Source: a bacterium
GTDB taxonomy: Bacteria; Armatimonadota; JACIXR01
Assembly (NCBI GenBank): GCA_014360495.1
Contig: JACIXR010000005.1
Location: 24,516-88,515, forward strand
Length of the DNA stretch: 64,000 bases
Reading direction: 5' to 3'
Both the position numbers and the translations under genes were made by a program. Below, one piece after another: positions 1-10,326 of the stretch (position 1 is the first letter of the stretch; each line of letters opens with the position of its first letter). Under the pieces are notes generated by a model that was not told the DNA's origin, did no database searches, and saw only the letters and a list, made by a program, of their open reading frames with translations.

Positions 1-944
1 CGGTTCTTCTGCGCCCAGGAAACATAGACTGGCGCCTCATAGCCGGGAACGAGCCTTTTGTAGGAATTGACCCATTGAGCAACGACGGAGCAGATTTCTC
101 TTGCGTGCTTCAACTGTCCAGCGATGAATCTCTTCGCAACAATGGAAAGATTGTAGGGGTCGGAAGGGTCATAAAAGGCATTTCTATTCTCCTTGATGGA
201 GAAAAGAGATTGGTGGACATGGAGACCGCTGCCGTTCACCCCGTAAATTGGCTTAGGCATAAATGTTGCATAGAAGCCGTGCTTCTGGGCTACTGCCTTC
301 GTCACGAGGCGAGTAGTTATCAAAGCATCGGCAATTGTGAGAGCGTCGGCATATTTCAAATCAAACTCGTGCTGGCTTGCGGAGACCTCATGATGGATTG
401 CCTCTACCTGGATTCCCATAAGTTCAAGCAATTCAACCGTTTCCCTTCTTAGAGCATTAGCCGTTTCAACCGCGATTACATCAAAGTAGCCACCCTTATC
501 TAAAAGCTCGGGCAATTGGGAAGTCTTGAAATAAAAGAATTCCACCTCTGGTCCGACATTATAGATGTAGCCCATCCCCCTTGCTCTTTCCATCTGCTTT
601 TTAAGGGCGAGGCGTGGGTCTCCATCGTAGGGTCTGCCATCCGGATAAAATATATCGCAGAACATCCTCGCGCTCGGTTGGTCCTGGGGAACATAAGGAA
701 GAATGCAGAAGGTGGAGGGGTCGGGAAGGGCAACGATGTCGCTCTCCTCTATCTCCGCATAGCCGGTTATGGAGGAGCCGTCAAAGCCCTTTCCTCGCCT
801 CAAAACCTCTTCAAGCTCGCCCGAAGTTATTGATATGCATTTTAGAAATCCGAGCAAATCAACAAACCAGAGCTCAATGAACTCAATTTTCTTGTCCTTA
901 ACTTCCGCTAACACCTTCTTACAGAGCTCTTCCCTTTTGGTCAT
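1..944 (-). CDS. glnA: Glutamine synthetase type I, N-terminal ~314 aa; C-terminus runs off the window start
   Basis: Manual minus-strand translation from the ATG at 944..942 gives MTKREELCKKVLAEVKDKKIEFIELWFVDLLGF...FDGSSITGYAEIEESD...GPEVEFFYF...GSGLHVHQSLF with no stops to position 1. The ORF track misses it because the stop lies outside the window. A GGAGG RBS sits 7 nt upstream (plus-strand cctcc at 951-955). Confidence 0.9.
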   Translation of the reverse strand, partial: MTKREELCKKVLAEVKDKKIEFIELWFVDLLGFLKCISITSGELEEVLRRGKGFDGSSITGYAEIEESDIVALPDPSTFCILPYVPQDQPSARMFCDIFYPDGRPYDGDPRLALKKQMERARGMGYIYNVGPEVEFFYFKTSQLPELLDKGGYFDVIAVETANALRRETVELLELMGIQVEAIHHEVSASQHEFDLKYADALTIADALITTRLVTKAVAQKHGFYATFMPKPIYGVNGSGLHVHQSLFSIKENRNAFYDPSDPYNLSIVAKRFIAGQLKHAREICSVVAQWVNSYKRLVPGYEAPVYVSWAQKN

Positions 945-979
945 AGATTCCTCCTATCTAAATAAGATTTTTGGATTAA

Positions 980-1008
980 ATTTTAGGATTGGAAGGGCTA
1001 AAAGTCAA
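980..1008 (-). promoter_or_regulatory. Candidate sigma70 promoter for glnA (TTGACT-17-TAAAAT on the minus strand)
   Basis: The minus strand reads ttgacttttagcccttccaatcctaaaat about 30-60 nt upstream of the glnA ATG. The -35 TTGACT is at 1008..1003 and the -10 TAAAAT at 985..980. Confidence 0.4.
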
Positions 1009-1043
1009 GACAAACCTTATGATTTATAAAAATTAACGGAGTG

Positions 1044-1065
1044 AAAGGAGGATTTTCCCTCCTTT
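1044..1065. promoter_or_regulatory. Perfect 8-bp inverted repeat (AAAGGAGG-attttc-CCTCCTTT) between divergent glnA and oxidoreductase promoters; possible operator or hairpin
   Basis: Seen directly: aaaggagg at 1044-1051 pairs with cctccttt at 1058-1065. Confidence 0.3.
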
Positions 1066-1256
1066 ACCGAATTTCAACCCCCGATATTTACATTTTTTTC
1101 CGGAAAATCATTTTTAAACTTTTTAAAAGCGCTATTTTCTTGATTAGAAACATCTTAATTTTATCGTTTTTATGCTTGTTATCCTACATAGACGCCATTC
1201 AACTTCTAGGACGAGTTTGTTCTTTTTAAGAGGGCTTAATTGTTTTTGACTCTCTA

Positions 1257-1284
1257 TTGATAACTCTATTAATTAAGTTATAAT
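1257..1284 (+). promoter_or_regulatory. Candidate sigma70 promoter (TTGATA-16-TATAAT) for the oxidoreductase operon
   Basis: ttgata at 1257-1262, a 16-nt spacer, tataat at 1279-1284. An aaaggagg RBS lies about 10 nt upstream of the ATG at 1316. Confidence 0.45.
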
Positions 1285-1315
1285 TTTAAAAAAACGAAAA
1301 AGGAGGAAAGAACAA

Positions 1316-2308
1316 ATGCGACTTGCTGTCATCGGTTCCGGCGGTATGGCTCAAGCCCACATCAAAGTTTTGCAAGACAAAGGCTTCCTGGGGAAAAGAG
1401 CCGATATAGTGGCTCTCTGCGACCCCGACCAGAAATCCTTGGATGCCACTGTGAAGCGATTTCCTCAGCTGAACAAGGCAAATCTTTACAATAATTATGA
1501 GGAATTGTTGGAGAAAGAGGAACTGGATGCGGTTTTGATAGCCAGCCCCCATACCTGCCATTACGAGCAATTGATTGGCTGTCTGGAGAAGGGACTCAAT
1601 ATACTTGTTGAGAAACCCATGGTTTGCTCCGTTGCGGAGGCGGAGAGGGTTGTTAAGCTCACTGAGGAGAAAGGAGTAATTGTGATGGTGGCTTATCAGC
1701 GCCGATTTATGCCTGCCTTCCTCTATGCCAAGGAGCAGATATCCTCAGGAAAGCTTGGCAAGCTTCTCTTCTTCACCGCTTATCAGGCGCAAAATTGGCT
1801 ACCAGCCGCGCTCTATAGCTGGAGGGGAGAACCCCATTTGAGCGGCGGTGGGCAGATTAACGATTCAGGAAGCCATTTAGTTCACGCTATGTTGTGGCTA
1901 ACGGAGGCTCGTCCCCTTGAAGTCTTCGCATATATGGAGAAGGAGGAAGCGAGAGTTGATATCCTTTCAGCGCTCGCAATCAAATTCAGCGATGGAATGC
2001 TCGGCTCTGTTGGCATAATTGGAGACAATCCAGGTTGGGGAGAGGAGATAGGAGTTTGGGGGAAGAAGGGAGCAATCTTGATAAGGGATGGATGGCAAGT
2101 GATTCAGCAGGGAGAGGATGGCAAATACTTCACTCCCAAAGAGCTTCCCGAAGGCAAACCACCCATAGAGGCTTTCCTTGATTGTGTGGAAGGCAAGGAG
2201 GATAACCAGGTTCCTCCGGTTTGGGGATTGAGGGTAATCGCTCTTACAGAGGCTGCTTGGCGTTCGGCTGAACAAGGCACTCCCATTAAGGTAGAGGGTT
2301 GGAGGTAG
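1316..2308 (+). CDS. Gfo/Idh/MocA family NAD(P)-dependent oxidoreductase
   Basis: MRLAVIGSGGMAQAHIKVL... Rossmann N-terminus, EKP motif (LVEKPM), 330 aa, strong RBS. Confidence 0.85.
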   Translation: MRLAVIGSGGMAQAHIKVLQDKGFLGKRADIVALCDPDQKSLDATVKRFPQLNKANLYNNYEELLEKEELDAVLIASPHTCHYEQLIGCLEKGLNILVEKPMVCSVAEAERVVKLTEEKGVIVMVAYQRRFMPAFLYAKEQISSGKLGKLLFFTAYQAQNWLPAALYSWRGEPHLSGGGQINDSGSHLVHAMLWLTEARPLEVFAYMEKEEARVDILSALAIKFSDGMLGSVGIIGDNPGWGEEIGVWGKKGAILIRDGWQVIQQGEDGKYFTPKELPEGKPPIEAFLDCVEGKEDNQVPPVWGLRVIALTEAAWRSAEQGTPIKVEGWR

Positions 2309-2312
2309 AGAA

Positions 2313-3087
2313 ATGAAGCAATTTTATAGCGATGTAGAAGGATTAAGCAGGGAAGAACTGAGGAATCTGCAATCCGAGAGATTAAGGGCATTGGTTAGAT
2401 ATGTTTACGAGAGAATGCCCTTTTACAGGCAAAAATTTGACTCTCTCGGGATAAAGCCAGAGGATATAAAGGATATATCGGATATCACCAAACTTCCCTT
2501 CACCACTAAGCAGGACATCGTTGATAATTATCCCCTGAAGCTTCTCGCGGTTCCTATGAAGGAAGTGGTTCGTCTCCAAAGCTCTTCAGGGACTACTGGC
2601 AAGAATATTTACATTTCTAACGAAGGAAGCACTTCCCTTGATAAGGTATAGGACAAGGGATATATGCTCGCTAAATCCCGAACCCTGCAAATGTGGGAGA
2701 ACTTTTTGGCGTCTCTCAAGGATAGAGGGACGCACTGACGATATGATAATCGTGCGGGGAATAAATGTATTCCCATCCCAAATTGAAAGCGTTCTCTTGA
2801 GCGTGGGAGGTGTAACACCCTATTACGAGATTATAGTGGATAGAGAGAAGGGGAGATTGGATACATTGGAGTTGAGGGTTGAGGTATCCGAATCGTTCTT
2901 ATCTGATGAGATGAGGGATTTGGAGGAGTTGCGTGAGAGGATAGAGGAGGCGTTGGAGAGCGCTCTTGATATATCGGTCAATTTAACTTTGGCTGAGCCT
3001 GGTAGCATACCGAGAAGCGAGGGAAAGGCGAAAAGGGTTATTGATAAAAGAGAACTATTCCAAAGGGAAGGAGGTGAGAGGAAATGA
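2313..3087 (+). pseudogene. paaK: Phenylacetate-CoA ligase (PaaK-like) remnant. The N-terminal ~110 aa and the C-terminal ~150 aa are joined out of frame, and the central adenylation core is missing
   Basis: ORF 2313..2651 matches the PaaK N-terminus (YRQKFDSLGIKPEDI...KLPFTTKQDI...VRLQSSSGTTGK) and stops. ORF 2638..3087, with a TTG start in another frame, matches the PaaK C-terminal domain (IRYRTRD...GRTDDMIIVRGINVFPSQIE...GSIPRSEGKAKRV). In E. coli PaaK these blocks are about 200 aa apart. Confidence 0.75.
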
Positions 3088-3512
3088 TAAGGCAGTTAGC
3101 TGTGTTCTTGGAAAATAAGCCGGGCAGATTAGCGGCGGTGGCTGATTGTCTTGCCAAAGCAGGGATTAACATTAGGGCGCTTTCGGTTGCTGAGACGAAG
3201 GACTACGGAGTTGTTAGATTCATACCTAATGAGCCGGAAAAGGCGAAGGAAGCCCTTCTCAAAGAGGGATATGCTGTTATTGAGACGGAGGTATTGGCAG
3301 TTGATGTGCCCGACAAGCCTGGTGGATTAGCCTCAGTAACTTCTCTCCTCGCGAAGGAAGGGATAAATATTGAATATTGTTATGCGAGCGTTATAAGGTT
3401 GAAGGAAAGCGCTATCCTCATCCTACAGGTTGACGATAAGGAAAGGGCAAGCGCTCTATTGAAGGAAGCGGGCATTCGCTTATTGACGCAGGACGATGTC
3501 AAAGCCATTTAA
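3084..3512 (+). CDS. ACT domain-containing protein (tandem ACT), the usual paaK-downstream partner
   Basis: MIRQLAVFLENKPGRLAAVADCLAKAGINIRALSVAE... with a second ACT-like repeat (GGLASVTSLLAKEGINIEY). It overlaps the paaK C-terminal fragment by 4 bp. Confidence 0.7.
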   Translation: MIRQLAVFLENKPGRLAAVADCLAKAGINIRALSVAETKDYGVVRFIPNEPEKAKEALLKEGYAVIETEVLAVDVPDKPGGLASVTSLLAKEGINIEYCYASVIRLKESAILILQVDDKERASALLKEAGIRLLTQDDVKAI

Positions 3513-3516
3513 GGAT

Positions 3517-3972
3517 ATGCGGATTGCTCTCGGTAGCGACCACGCGGGCTTTCATTTAAAGGAAGAATTGAAGCAGTATCTGAGGGAGAGAGGATGGGAA
3601 GTGGAGGATTGTGGTGCTTTCAACACCGCCCCTTCCGATTATCCTGATATAGCTTTCTTTGTAGCGGAGAAGGTGGCGAGGGGAGAGGTGGATAGGGCGA
3701 TACTTGTTTGTGGGACGGGGATAGGCATGTGTATGGCGTCGGATAAAGTGGAGGGGATTAGGTGTGCTGTATGCACCGACGAAACGACCGCTCGCTTCGC
3801 TCGCACTCACAACGATGCGAATATACTTGCCATAGGGGCAAGAATAGTGGGGAGCGAGCTTGCCAAGAGCATCGTAGATGTTTTCTTGAACACGCCCTTC
3901 TCTGGGGCAGAGAGACACATAAGAAGGATTAAAAAGATAGAGGAATATGAGAAAAGGAGGAAAAGAGAATGA
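3517..3972 (+). CDS. rpiB: Ribose-5-phosphate isomerase B (RpiB/LacAB family)
   Basis: [12 protein letters not shown]...[14 protein letters not shown]... The track starts at 3496, but the ATG at 3517 matches the conserved RpiB N-terminus. Confidence 0.85.
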   Translation: MRIALGSDHAGFHLKEELKQYLRERGWEVEDCGAFNTAPSDYPDIAFFVAEKVARGEVDRAILVCGTGIGMCMASDKVEGIRCAVCTDETTARFARTHNDANILAIGARIVGSELAKSIVDVFLNTPFSGAERHIRRIKKIEEYEKRRKRE

Positions 3973-5249
3973 GAGACAAGGAAATTATGATGGCTTCTTT
4001 GAAGGAAGTTGACCCAGATGTCTGGAATGCGATAAAGGGTGAATTAGTAAGGGAAAGGAACAAGCTGGAACTTATTGCCTCGGAGAACTTCGCTCCTCGC
4101 GCTGTTTTGGAAGCGGCAGGTTCGATTATGACGAACAAGTATGCCGAGGGATATCCGGGTAGGCGATATTATGGTGGATGCGAGTTTATGGATATCGTTG
4201 AGAACCTTGCCATAGAGAGGGCTAAAGCCCTCTTCGGGGCGGAACATGCCAATGTGCAACCCCACTCGGGCACGCAAGCTAATATGGCGGTCTACTTCGC
4301 CACTTTAAAGCCTGGAGATACTATTATGGGAATGAACCTCGCCCATGGTGGACATCTTTCCCATGGTAGCCCCGTTAACTTCTCCGGAATTTTCTATAAT
4401 GTCGTCTTCTACGGAGTTTCAAGGGAAACAGAGATGATAGATTATGAGGAAGTCTATCGTTTGGCTCAGCAGTATAAGCCCAAATTGATAATCGCCGGCG
4501 CTTCCGCTTATCCAAGGGTTATAGATTTCCAGAGATTCAAGGAGATAGCAGATGATGTGGGTGCGCTCTTGATGGTTGATATGGCTCACATTGCGGGATT
4601 GGTCGCTGCGGGAATCCATCCCTCCCCTGTTCCCTACTCCCACTTCGTGACATCAACAACTCACAAAACGTTGAGAGGTCCCCGCTCGGGATTCATTCTC
4701 TGCAAGCAGGAGTTCGCTAAAATCATAGACAAAATGGTGATGCCTGGTATGCAAGGTGGACCATTAATGCATATAATCTCGGCTAAAGCTGTCTGTTTCA
4801 AGCTGGCAATGAGCTCTGAATTTAAAGCTTATCAGGAAAGGATAGTAAAAAACGCGAAAGCCCTCGCTAAAGCCTTGTCTGAAAGGGGATTCCGTATAAT
4901 CTCTGGTGGAACAGACAACCACCTTATGTTGGTAGATGTTAAGTCAAAAGGGATAACGGGAAAGCAGGCGGAGCTTTTGTTGGATGAAGTGGGAATAACT
5001 GTCAACAAGAACCTCATTCCCTTTGATGAGGAAAAGCCGATGGTGACTTCGGGTATAAGACTTGGGACACCAGCTCTGACCACGAGAGGAATGGGGGAGG
5101 AAGAAATGGAGGAAATAGGGGATATAATTGCAAGCGTTCTATTACATCCCGATGATGAGAATGTCAAGAAGCAGGCAAGGGAGAGGGTAGCGAGATTATG
5201 TGAGCGATTCCCTCTATATGAAGGATTGAATGGTTTATGGAAGGATTAA
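3969..5249 (+). CDS. glyA: Serine hydroxymethyltransferase
   Basis: [43 protein letters not shown]...[11 protein letters not shown]...[21 protein letters not shown] 8 nt upstream. Confidence 0.95.
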   Translation: MRDKEIMMASLKEVDPDVWNAIKGELVRERNKLELIASENFAPRAVLEAAGSIMTNKYAEGYPGRRYYGGCEFMDIVENLAIERAKALFGAEHANVQPHSGTQANMAVYFATLKPGDTIMGMNLAHGGHLSHGSPVNFSGIFYNVVFYGVSRETEMIDYEEVYRLAQQYKPKLIIAGASAYPRVIDFQRFKEIADDVGALLMVDMAHIAGLVAAGIHPSPVPYSHFVTSTTHKTLRGPRSGFILCKQEFAKIIDKMVMPGMQGGPLMHIISAKAVCFKLAMSSEFKAYQERIVKNAKALAKALSERGFRIISGGTDNHLMLVDVKSKGITGKQAELLLDEVGITVNKNLIPFDEEKPMVTSGIRLGTPALTTRGMGEEEMEEIGDIIASVLLHPDDENVKKQARERVARLCERFPLYEGLNGLWKD

Positions 5250-5689
5250 CGAGACCCTCTTGGGATGAATATTTTATGCAGATAGCAAGGGTCGTGGCGA
5301 CCCGTTCAACTTGTTTAAGGAGACAAGTTGGAGCAGTATTAGTTAAGGAGAAAAGGATTCTTACCACAGGTTATAATGGGGCTCCTCGTGGATTGCCTCA
5401 TTGTCTTGAAGTTGGTTGCTTGAGGGAGCAATTGGGGATTCCCTCGGGTGAGAGACAGGAGCTTTGCCGTGGTTTACACGCAGAGCAAAACGCCATCATT
5501 CAAGCTGCTTATTACGGAGTCTCAATTGAAGGAGCTACTCTCTATTGCACCCATCAGCCCTGCATAACTTGCGCGAAGATGTTAATCAATGCGGGAATTA
5601 AAAAGATAATCTTTGAGGCACCTTATCCCGATGAATTGGCTGAGCAGATGCTGAAGGAGGCGGGAGTGGAGCTGATAAAGATAAAATGA
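5237..5689 (+). CDS. dCMP deaminase / ComEB-type cytidine-deoxycytidylate deaminase
   Basis: HAEQNAI...[18 protein letters not shown] zinc-binding CDA motifs, 150 aa. Confidence 0.8.
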   Translation: MEGLTRPSWDEYFMQIARVVATRSTCLRRQVGAVLVKEKRILTTGYNGAPRGLPHCLEVGCLREQLGIPSGERQELCRGLHAEQNAIIQAAYYGVSIEGATLYCTHQPCITCAKMLINAGIKKIIFEAPYPDELAEQMLKEAGVELIKIK

Positions 5690-6630
5690 AATTCCATCCC
5701 TTTGTCCTATTTCTCATCGCCTTTGTTCTTTCACTTCTTTTAACTCCTTTTTCCATTTTCATCGCGAAGAAGGTTGGTGCTCTTGCTGTCCCCGATGAAC
5801 GGAGGCGTCATAAGGGATATATTCCTCAGCTTGGCGGATTAGCCATCTTCCTTTCCTTTGTGTTCACTTCTTTTTTCCTTCTGCTAAAGGGAGTCATAAG
5901 TTGGGAGAGTGGATATAACGCGGTCATTGTAGGTGGTGGGTTGATAGTGATTCTGGGGATATTGGACGACATCTTTGAACTTCCCGCTTATCTCAAGTTC
6001 ATCGGTCAGGCAATTGTCGCTTGCCTAGCTATCGCGATGGGTTTAAGGGTTTCCCTTTTATCATCTCCCTTCAGTGGAGGGTATATCCGTTTGGGAATTA
6101 TAGGAACGATAGGGACTTTCTTCTGGATTGTGGGACTAATAAACGCGATAAACTTCATTGACGGCTTGGACGGTTTAGCGGCGGGGATATGCGCCATCTC
6201 ATCCGTAGCCCTTTTCACCCTTTCCCTTTTCCTTCAGAGAATTGAAGTCGCTCTTCTCTTCCTCATCCTCGCCGGTTCTTGTCTCGGCTTTCTTCCCTTC
6301 AATTTTTACCCGGCGAAGACATTTATGGGCGACACTGGAGCGATGTTCCTCGGCTACACCATAGCCGTCCTCGCTGTGATGGGAGCGGTTAAAACCGCCC
6401 TCCTCGTTTCAATAGGCGTTCCCTTTTTCGTCTTAGCCATTCCGATTATTGATGCCCTTTTCGTTACCTCAAAGAGGATAGCTAACAGACGCTCACCTTT
6501 TAGAGGTGATAGGGAACATATTCATTTCACGCTCTTAAACAGAGGATACAGCGAAAGGGAAGTCGTCATTATTCTTTATTTAGCCACGATTCTTTTCTCA
6601 GGTTTAGCTTTATTTCTCGCGAGGAGTTGA
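5686..6630 (+). CDS. MraY/WecA-family (GT4 phosphotransferase) undecaprenyl-phosphate sugar-1-phosphate transferase
   Basis: Polytopic membrane protein with [15 protein letters not shown] and [11 protein letters not shown] motifs. Confidence 0.8.
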   Translation: MKFHPFVLFLIAFVLSLLLTPFSIFIAKKVGALAVPDERRRHKGYIPQLGGLAIFLSFVFTSFFLLLKGVISWESGYNAVIVGGGLIVILGILDDIFELPAYLKFIGQAIVACLAIAMGLRVSLLSSPFSGGYIRLGIIGTIGTFFWIVGLINAINFIDGLDGLAAGICAISSVALFTLSLFLQRIEVALLFLILAGSCLGFLPFNFYPAKTFMGDTGAMFLGYTIAVLAVMGAVKTALLVSIGVPFFVLAIPIIDALFVTSKRIANRRSPFRGDREHIHFTLLNRGYSEREVVIILYLATILFSGLALFLARS

Positions 6631-6633
6631 AAA

Positions 6634-7758
6634 ATGAAGATAATTTGCGTTGTTGGGACGAGACCCGATGCGATAAAGATGGCACCACTAATTAAAAAAC
6701 TCAAAGAGGACGAGAGATTTGAGGTAAAGGTCCTCGCCTCAGCCCAACATAGGGAAATGCTTGATGTCGCTTTAAGGGATTTTGATATAATTCCCGATTA
6801 TGACTTGAATGTTATGCGAAGACTTCAAAGTTTGGAGGAACTTTCTGCAAGATTGTTGAAGAGGGTAGGGGAAATATTGAGGAAGGAAAAACCGGATATG
6901 ATGATTGTGCAGGGAGATACAACAACGACTTTCATATCCTCCCTCGTAGCGTTTTATCAAAAGGTGAGGGTAGCGCATCTTGAGGCTGGATTGAGAACAA
7001 ATGATAAGTTTGCTCCCTTTCCCGAGGAGATAAATAGGCGATTGACAACTCATATAGCGGATTTGCATTTCGCCCCTACGAGAAGGGCTAAGGAGAATCT
7101 TTTGAGGGAAGGGATAGAGGAGGAGAGGATATTCGTTACCGGCAACACGGTAATAGATGCGTTGGAGATGGCTTTAGAGAAGAACTGTGAGCTTCCTGTT
7201 TCTTCCAAAGGGCGCTACATCCTCCTGACGATGCATAGAAGGGAGAATTGGGGAGAGCCTATGAGAAGGGTCGCTTTAGCGGTCAAGAAATTATTGAAAG
7301 AATTCAAGGACTTGGAGCTCGTTTTTCCAATGCACAGAAATCCAATTGTGAGGAGGACGGTTAAGCCGATTTTGAAGGGGGAAAGAATTCATCTTCTTGA
7401 GCCGCTTTCATTTATACACTTCGTAAAACTAATGCAGGGTGCCTACTTTATCATGACGGATTCTGGTGGTATACAAGAGGAAGCATCATATCTGGGGAAA
7501 CCGGTTTTGATTTTGCGTGAGGTAACAGAGCGTCCCGAGGTGGTTGAGGCTGGCTGTGGGGTTTTAGTTGGGACGGAGGAGGATAAAATCGTTGAAGAAA
7601 GCAAAAAACTCTTGCAATCTCGGGAGGAATATGTGAAAATGTCAAGGAAGGTGAAAATATTTGGAGATGGAAAGGCGAAAGATAGAGTTTATCAAGCTAT
7701 CCTCTATTTTCTCGGCTGGAGGAAGGAAAAAGTTGAGGAGTTTGAGCCGATATGTTAG
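6634..7758 (+). CDS. wecB: UDP-N-acetylglucosamine 2-epimerase (non-hydrolysing)
   Basis: MKIICVVGTRPDAIKMAPLI...MMIVQGDTTTTF...HLEAGLRT... 374 aa. Confidence 0.9.
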   Translation: MKIICVVGTRPDAIKMAPLIKKLKEDERFEVKVLASAQHREMLDVALRDFDIIPDYDLNVMRRLQSLEELSARLLKRVGEILRKEKPDMMIVQGDTTTTFISSLVAFYQKVRVAHLEAGLRTNDKFAPFPEEINRRLTTHIADLHFAPTRRAKENLLREGIEEERIFVTGNTVIDALEMALEKNCELPVSSKGRYILLTMHRRENWGEPMRRVALAVKKLLKEFKDLELVFPMHRNPIVRRTVKPILKGERIHLLEPLSFIHFVKLMQGAYFIMTDSGGIQEEASYLGKPVLILREVTERPEVVEAGCGVLVGTEEDKIVEESKKLLQSREEYVKMSRKVKIFGDGKAKDRVYQAILYFLGWRKEKVEEFEPIC

Positions 7759-8804
7759 GTAGGAGGGAGCTCTTCACTACTTTCCTCTGGCGTCTGCTAT
7801 TAATCGCTCTTTTCGGTTATTTTCTCTGGAGAATTCGCTCGCTCGTCCTCATAATTATCATTGCGGTTATCTTATACTATTGTCTTGCTCCTTTCATCAA
7901 ATGGCTTCAGAGAAGAAGGTTTTGGGGGAGGATAAAGGGCGGTGCGAGGAGAACAATCAGCGCGATTATAGTGATAATAGTCACACTTGGCATCGCTGTT
8001 GGCGCCTCTTATTTCCTTGTGAGCCCGCTCGTAGGCGAGGCAAGAAGCTTGCAGGTAAACATAACAAAATACACAAAGGATTTGGTAAAGATAGCGGAGG
8101 ATGTTCAGAGAAAGCTCCTAAATCTACCTGACCCATATCAGAAGGTGATTGCTGACCAATTCGCGAAAATCACAGAGTATATCTCCACGGGCGTTCAATG
8201 GATAGTTGAGAAAACCGTATCCGCATTCGGACATATCTTGGAGGTCTTCCTCATCCCAATCATAGCCTTCTATTTAGCAATAGGAGCGAAGGGATTGAGA
8301 AGAGAGCTTTTCCTTTTCATCCCTCCCAAATATGCTCGCAAGGCGCTTCTGATATTGAGGGAAACGGACTTGGCTCTTCGTCAATTCATAGTTGGGCAGT
8401 TTTTAGCATGTCTCATCGTTTGGATTATTGTGTGGGGAGGTTTAGCGATTTTGGGAATGGATTATCCCCTTTTTCTCGGCGTAATCGCTGGGATAACAAG
8501 GGCGATTCCCATCATTGGACCGATTGCAGGAGGCGCCCCTATAGTTCTCTTAGCTCTCATAAAATCACCCCTATTTTCCCTTTATGTCCTCGTCTTTTTC
8601 TCCTTCGTTCAGTTCATAGATGACAAATTCATTCTCCCTCTATTTATCGGACATCAGATGCGACTTCATCCGATAACGATAATCATTGCTGTATTCATAG
8701 GTGGGGAATTTTTTGGCATCTTGGGGATGTTTATGGCAACTCCCGTGGCGGCGGCGATTAAATCACTCTTTCACATCTTCTACGCACCGAAGGTGAGGAT
8801 TTGA
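7752..8804 (+). CDS. AI-2E family (PerM/UPF0118) transporter
   Basis: 350 aa, about 8 TM helices, typical AI-2E layout with a conserved C-terminal GMFMATPV region. Confidence 0.7.
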   Translation: MLGRRELFTTFLWRLLLIALFGYFLWRIRSLVLIIIIAVILYYCLAPFIKWLQRRRFWGRIKGGARRTISAIIVIIVTLGIAVGASYFLVSPLVGEARSLQVNITKYTKDLVKIAEDVQRKLLNLPDPYQKVIADQFAKITEYISTGVQWIVEKTVSAFGHILEVFLIPIIAFYLAIGAKGLRRELFLFIPPKYARKALLILRETDLALRQFIVGQFLACLIVWIIVWGGLAILGMDYPLFLGVIAGITRAIPIIGPIAGGAPIVLLALIKSPLFSLYVLVFFSFVQFIDDKFILPLFIGHQMRLHPITIIIAVFIGGEFFGILGMFMATPVAAAIKSLFHIFYAPKVRI

Positions 8805-9865
8805 TGAAGGGACTGATTTTATCGGGAGGCAAAGGGGAAAGGATGAGGCCCCTTACTTATACATCCGCCAAGCAACTTCTTCCCGTTGCCAACAAACCGG
8901 TTCTCTTTTACGCGATTGAGACCCTCCTTGAGGCGGGAATAAAGGAAATAGGGATAGTTGTGGGCGAGACGAAGGGGGAGATAATCAAGGCTTTGGGAAA
9001 TGGCTCTCGTTGGGGAATAAATCTGACTTATATTGAGCAGGAAACGCCAGCTGGGCTCGCCCACGCGGTGAAGGTCGCCCATCACTTCCTTGGGGACGAA
9101 CCATTCGTTATGTTCCTAGGTGATAATATCATAAAGGAGGGGATAAAGAGCTTCGTAGAGGAGTACGAGAGGGAGAAACCTGATGCCCTCGTTCTTTTAT
9201 CGCCTTCAAAGCATCCCGAGAAGTTCGGCGTTGCGGTTGTTGAAGAGGGAAGGATTGTAAAATTGATGGAAAAGCCGAAACCACCTCCAAGCAACCTTGC
9301 CCTCGTCGGCTGCTACATCTTCAACCAGCATATCTTCTCCGCCTGTAGGGAGATTAAACCCTCAAAGAGGGGAGAGCTGGAGATAACGGATGCAATCCAA
9401 TGGCTGATAGATAAAGGATATAGGGTTAGCTATCACATAATAAAAGGTTGGTGGAAGGATACGGGGATGGCGGAGGATTTGCTTGAGGCAAATAGGTTGG
9501 TTTTGGAGGAAATAGAGGAGGAGATAAAGGGGGATATAGATGACTTGACAAAGGTTTCCGGAAGGGTGAAAATTGGGCTAGGGAGTATGATAAGGAATAG
9601 CGTTTTGCGAGGTCCACTCGTCATTGGGGATAATTGTGTGATTGAGGATTCTTATATCGGACCGTTTACCTCCATAGGGAATGATGTGAAGGTGAAGGAA
9701 ACGGAGATAGAGCATTCAATAATCCTTGATGGATGCTTTATAAATCTAAAGGGAAGGCTGGAGGATACAATCTTGGGGAAAGGGGTGATATTAAAGAGGA
9801 CGGAAGGGCGCCCTCTTAGTTATAAGTTAATTGCGGGAGACAAGAGCATATTGGAGGTGATGTGA
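8801..9865 (+). CDS. Glucose-1-phosphate thymidylyltransferase-like sugar nucleotidyltransferase, long form with a C-terminal left-handed beta-helix
   Basis: MMKGLILSGGKGERMRPLTYTSAKQLLPVANKPVLFYAIE N-terminal NTP-transferase signature, plus C-terminal hexapeptide-like repeats; 354 aa. Confidence 0.8.
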   Translation: MMKGLILSGGKGERMRPLTYTSAKQLLPVANKPVLFYAIETLLEAGIKEIGIVVGETKGEIIKALGNGSRWGINLTYIEQETPAGLAHAVKVAHHFLGDEPFVMFLGDNIIKEGIKSFVEEYEREKPDALVLLSPSKHPEKFGVAVVEEGRIVKLMEKPKPPPSNLALVGCYIFNQHIFSACREIKPSKRGELEITDAIQWLIDKGYRVSYHIIKGWWKDTGMAEDLLEANRLVLEEIEEEIKGDIDDLTKVSGRVKIGLGSMIRNSVLRGPLVIGDNCVIEDSYIGPFTSIGNDVKVKETEIEHSIILDGCFINLKGRLEDTILGKGVILKRTEGRPLSYKLIAGDKSILEVM

Positions 9866-10326
9866 TGAGATTGATAGAAGGAGTGAAAATAAAAATTCTC
9901 AAGCCAATTCCCGATGATAGGGGATGGCTTATGGAGATACTGAGATGCGATGACGAGATATTTGAGAAATTCGGACAGGTTTATCTGACTGTTTGCTATA
10001 AAGGGGTGGTGAAGGCGTGGCATTATCACAAATTGCAGACAGACCATTTCGCCGTCATCAAGGGAATGGCTCAAGTAGCCCTCTATGACCTGCGAGAGGA
10101 TTCCCCTACGAAAGGGGAGATAAACGAGTTCTTCGTCGGGGAGCTCAATCCCCTCCTAATAAAGATACCACCGATGGTAGCCCATGGCTTCAAAGCAGTT
10201 GGGGAAGGTGACGCTTATGTGATAAATGTTCCCACGGAACCATATAACAGGGAAAACCCCGATGAATATCGCCTTCCCTGGAACGACCCCAATATTCCCT
10301 ATAGCTGGGAGGTGAGAATGAGATGA
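9862..10326 (+). CDS. dTDP-4-dehydrorhamnose 3,5-epimerase family cupin (RmlC-like, short)
   Basis: AWHYHKLQTDHFAVIKGMAQVALYDLR and IPPMVAHGF...YNRENPDEYRLPWNDPNIPYSW match RmlC conserved blocks. Confidence 0.65.
   Translation: MMRLIEGVKIKILKPIPDDRGWLMEILRCDDEIFEKFGQVYLTVCYKGVVKAWHYHKLQTDHFAVIKGMAQVALYDLREDSPTKGEINEFFVGELNPLLIKIPPMVAHGFKAVGEGDAYVINVPTEPYNRENPDEYRLPWNDPNIPYSWEVRMR

Noticed and set aside
75-833. Track ORFs 75..452(+), 500..733(-), 516..833(+) and 614..880(+)
   Set aside because: All lie inside, and out of frame with, the strongly supported minus-strand glnA reading frame. They are shadow ORFs.
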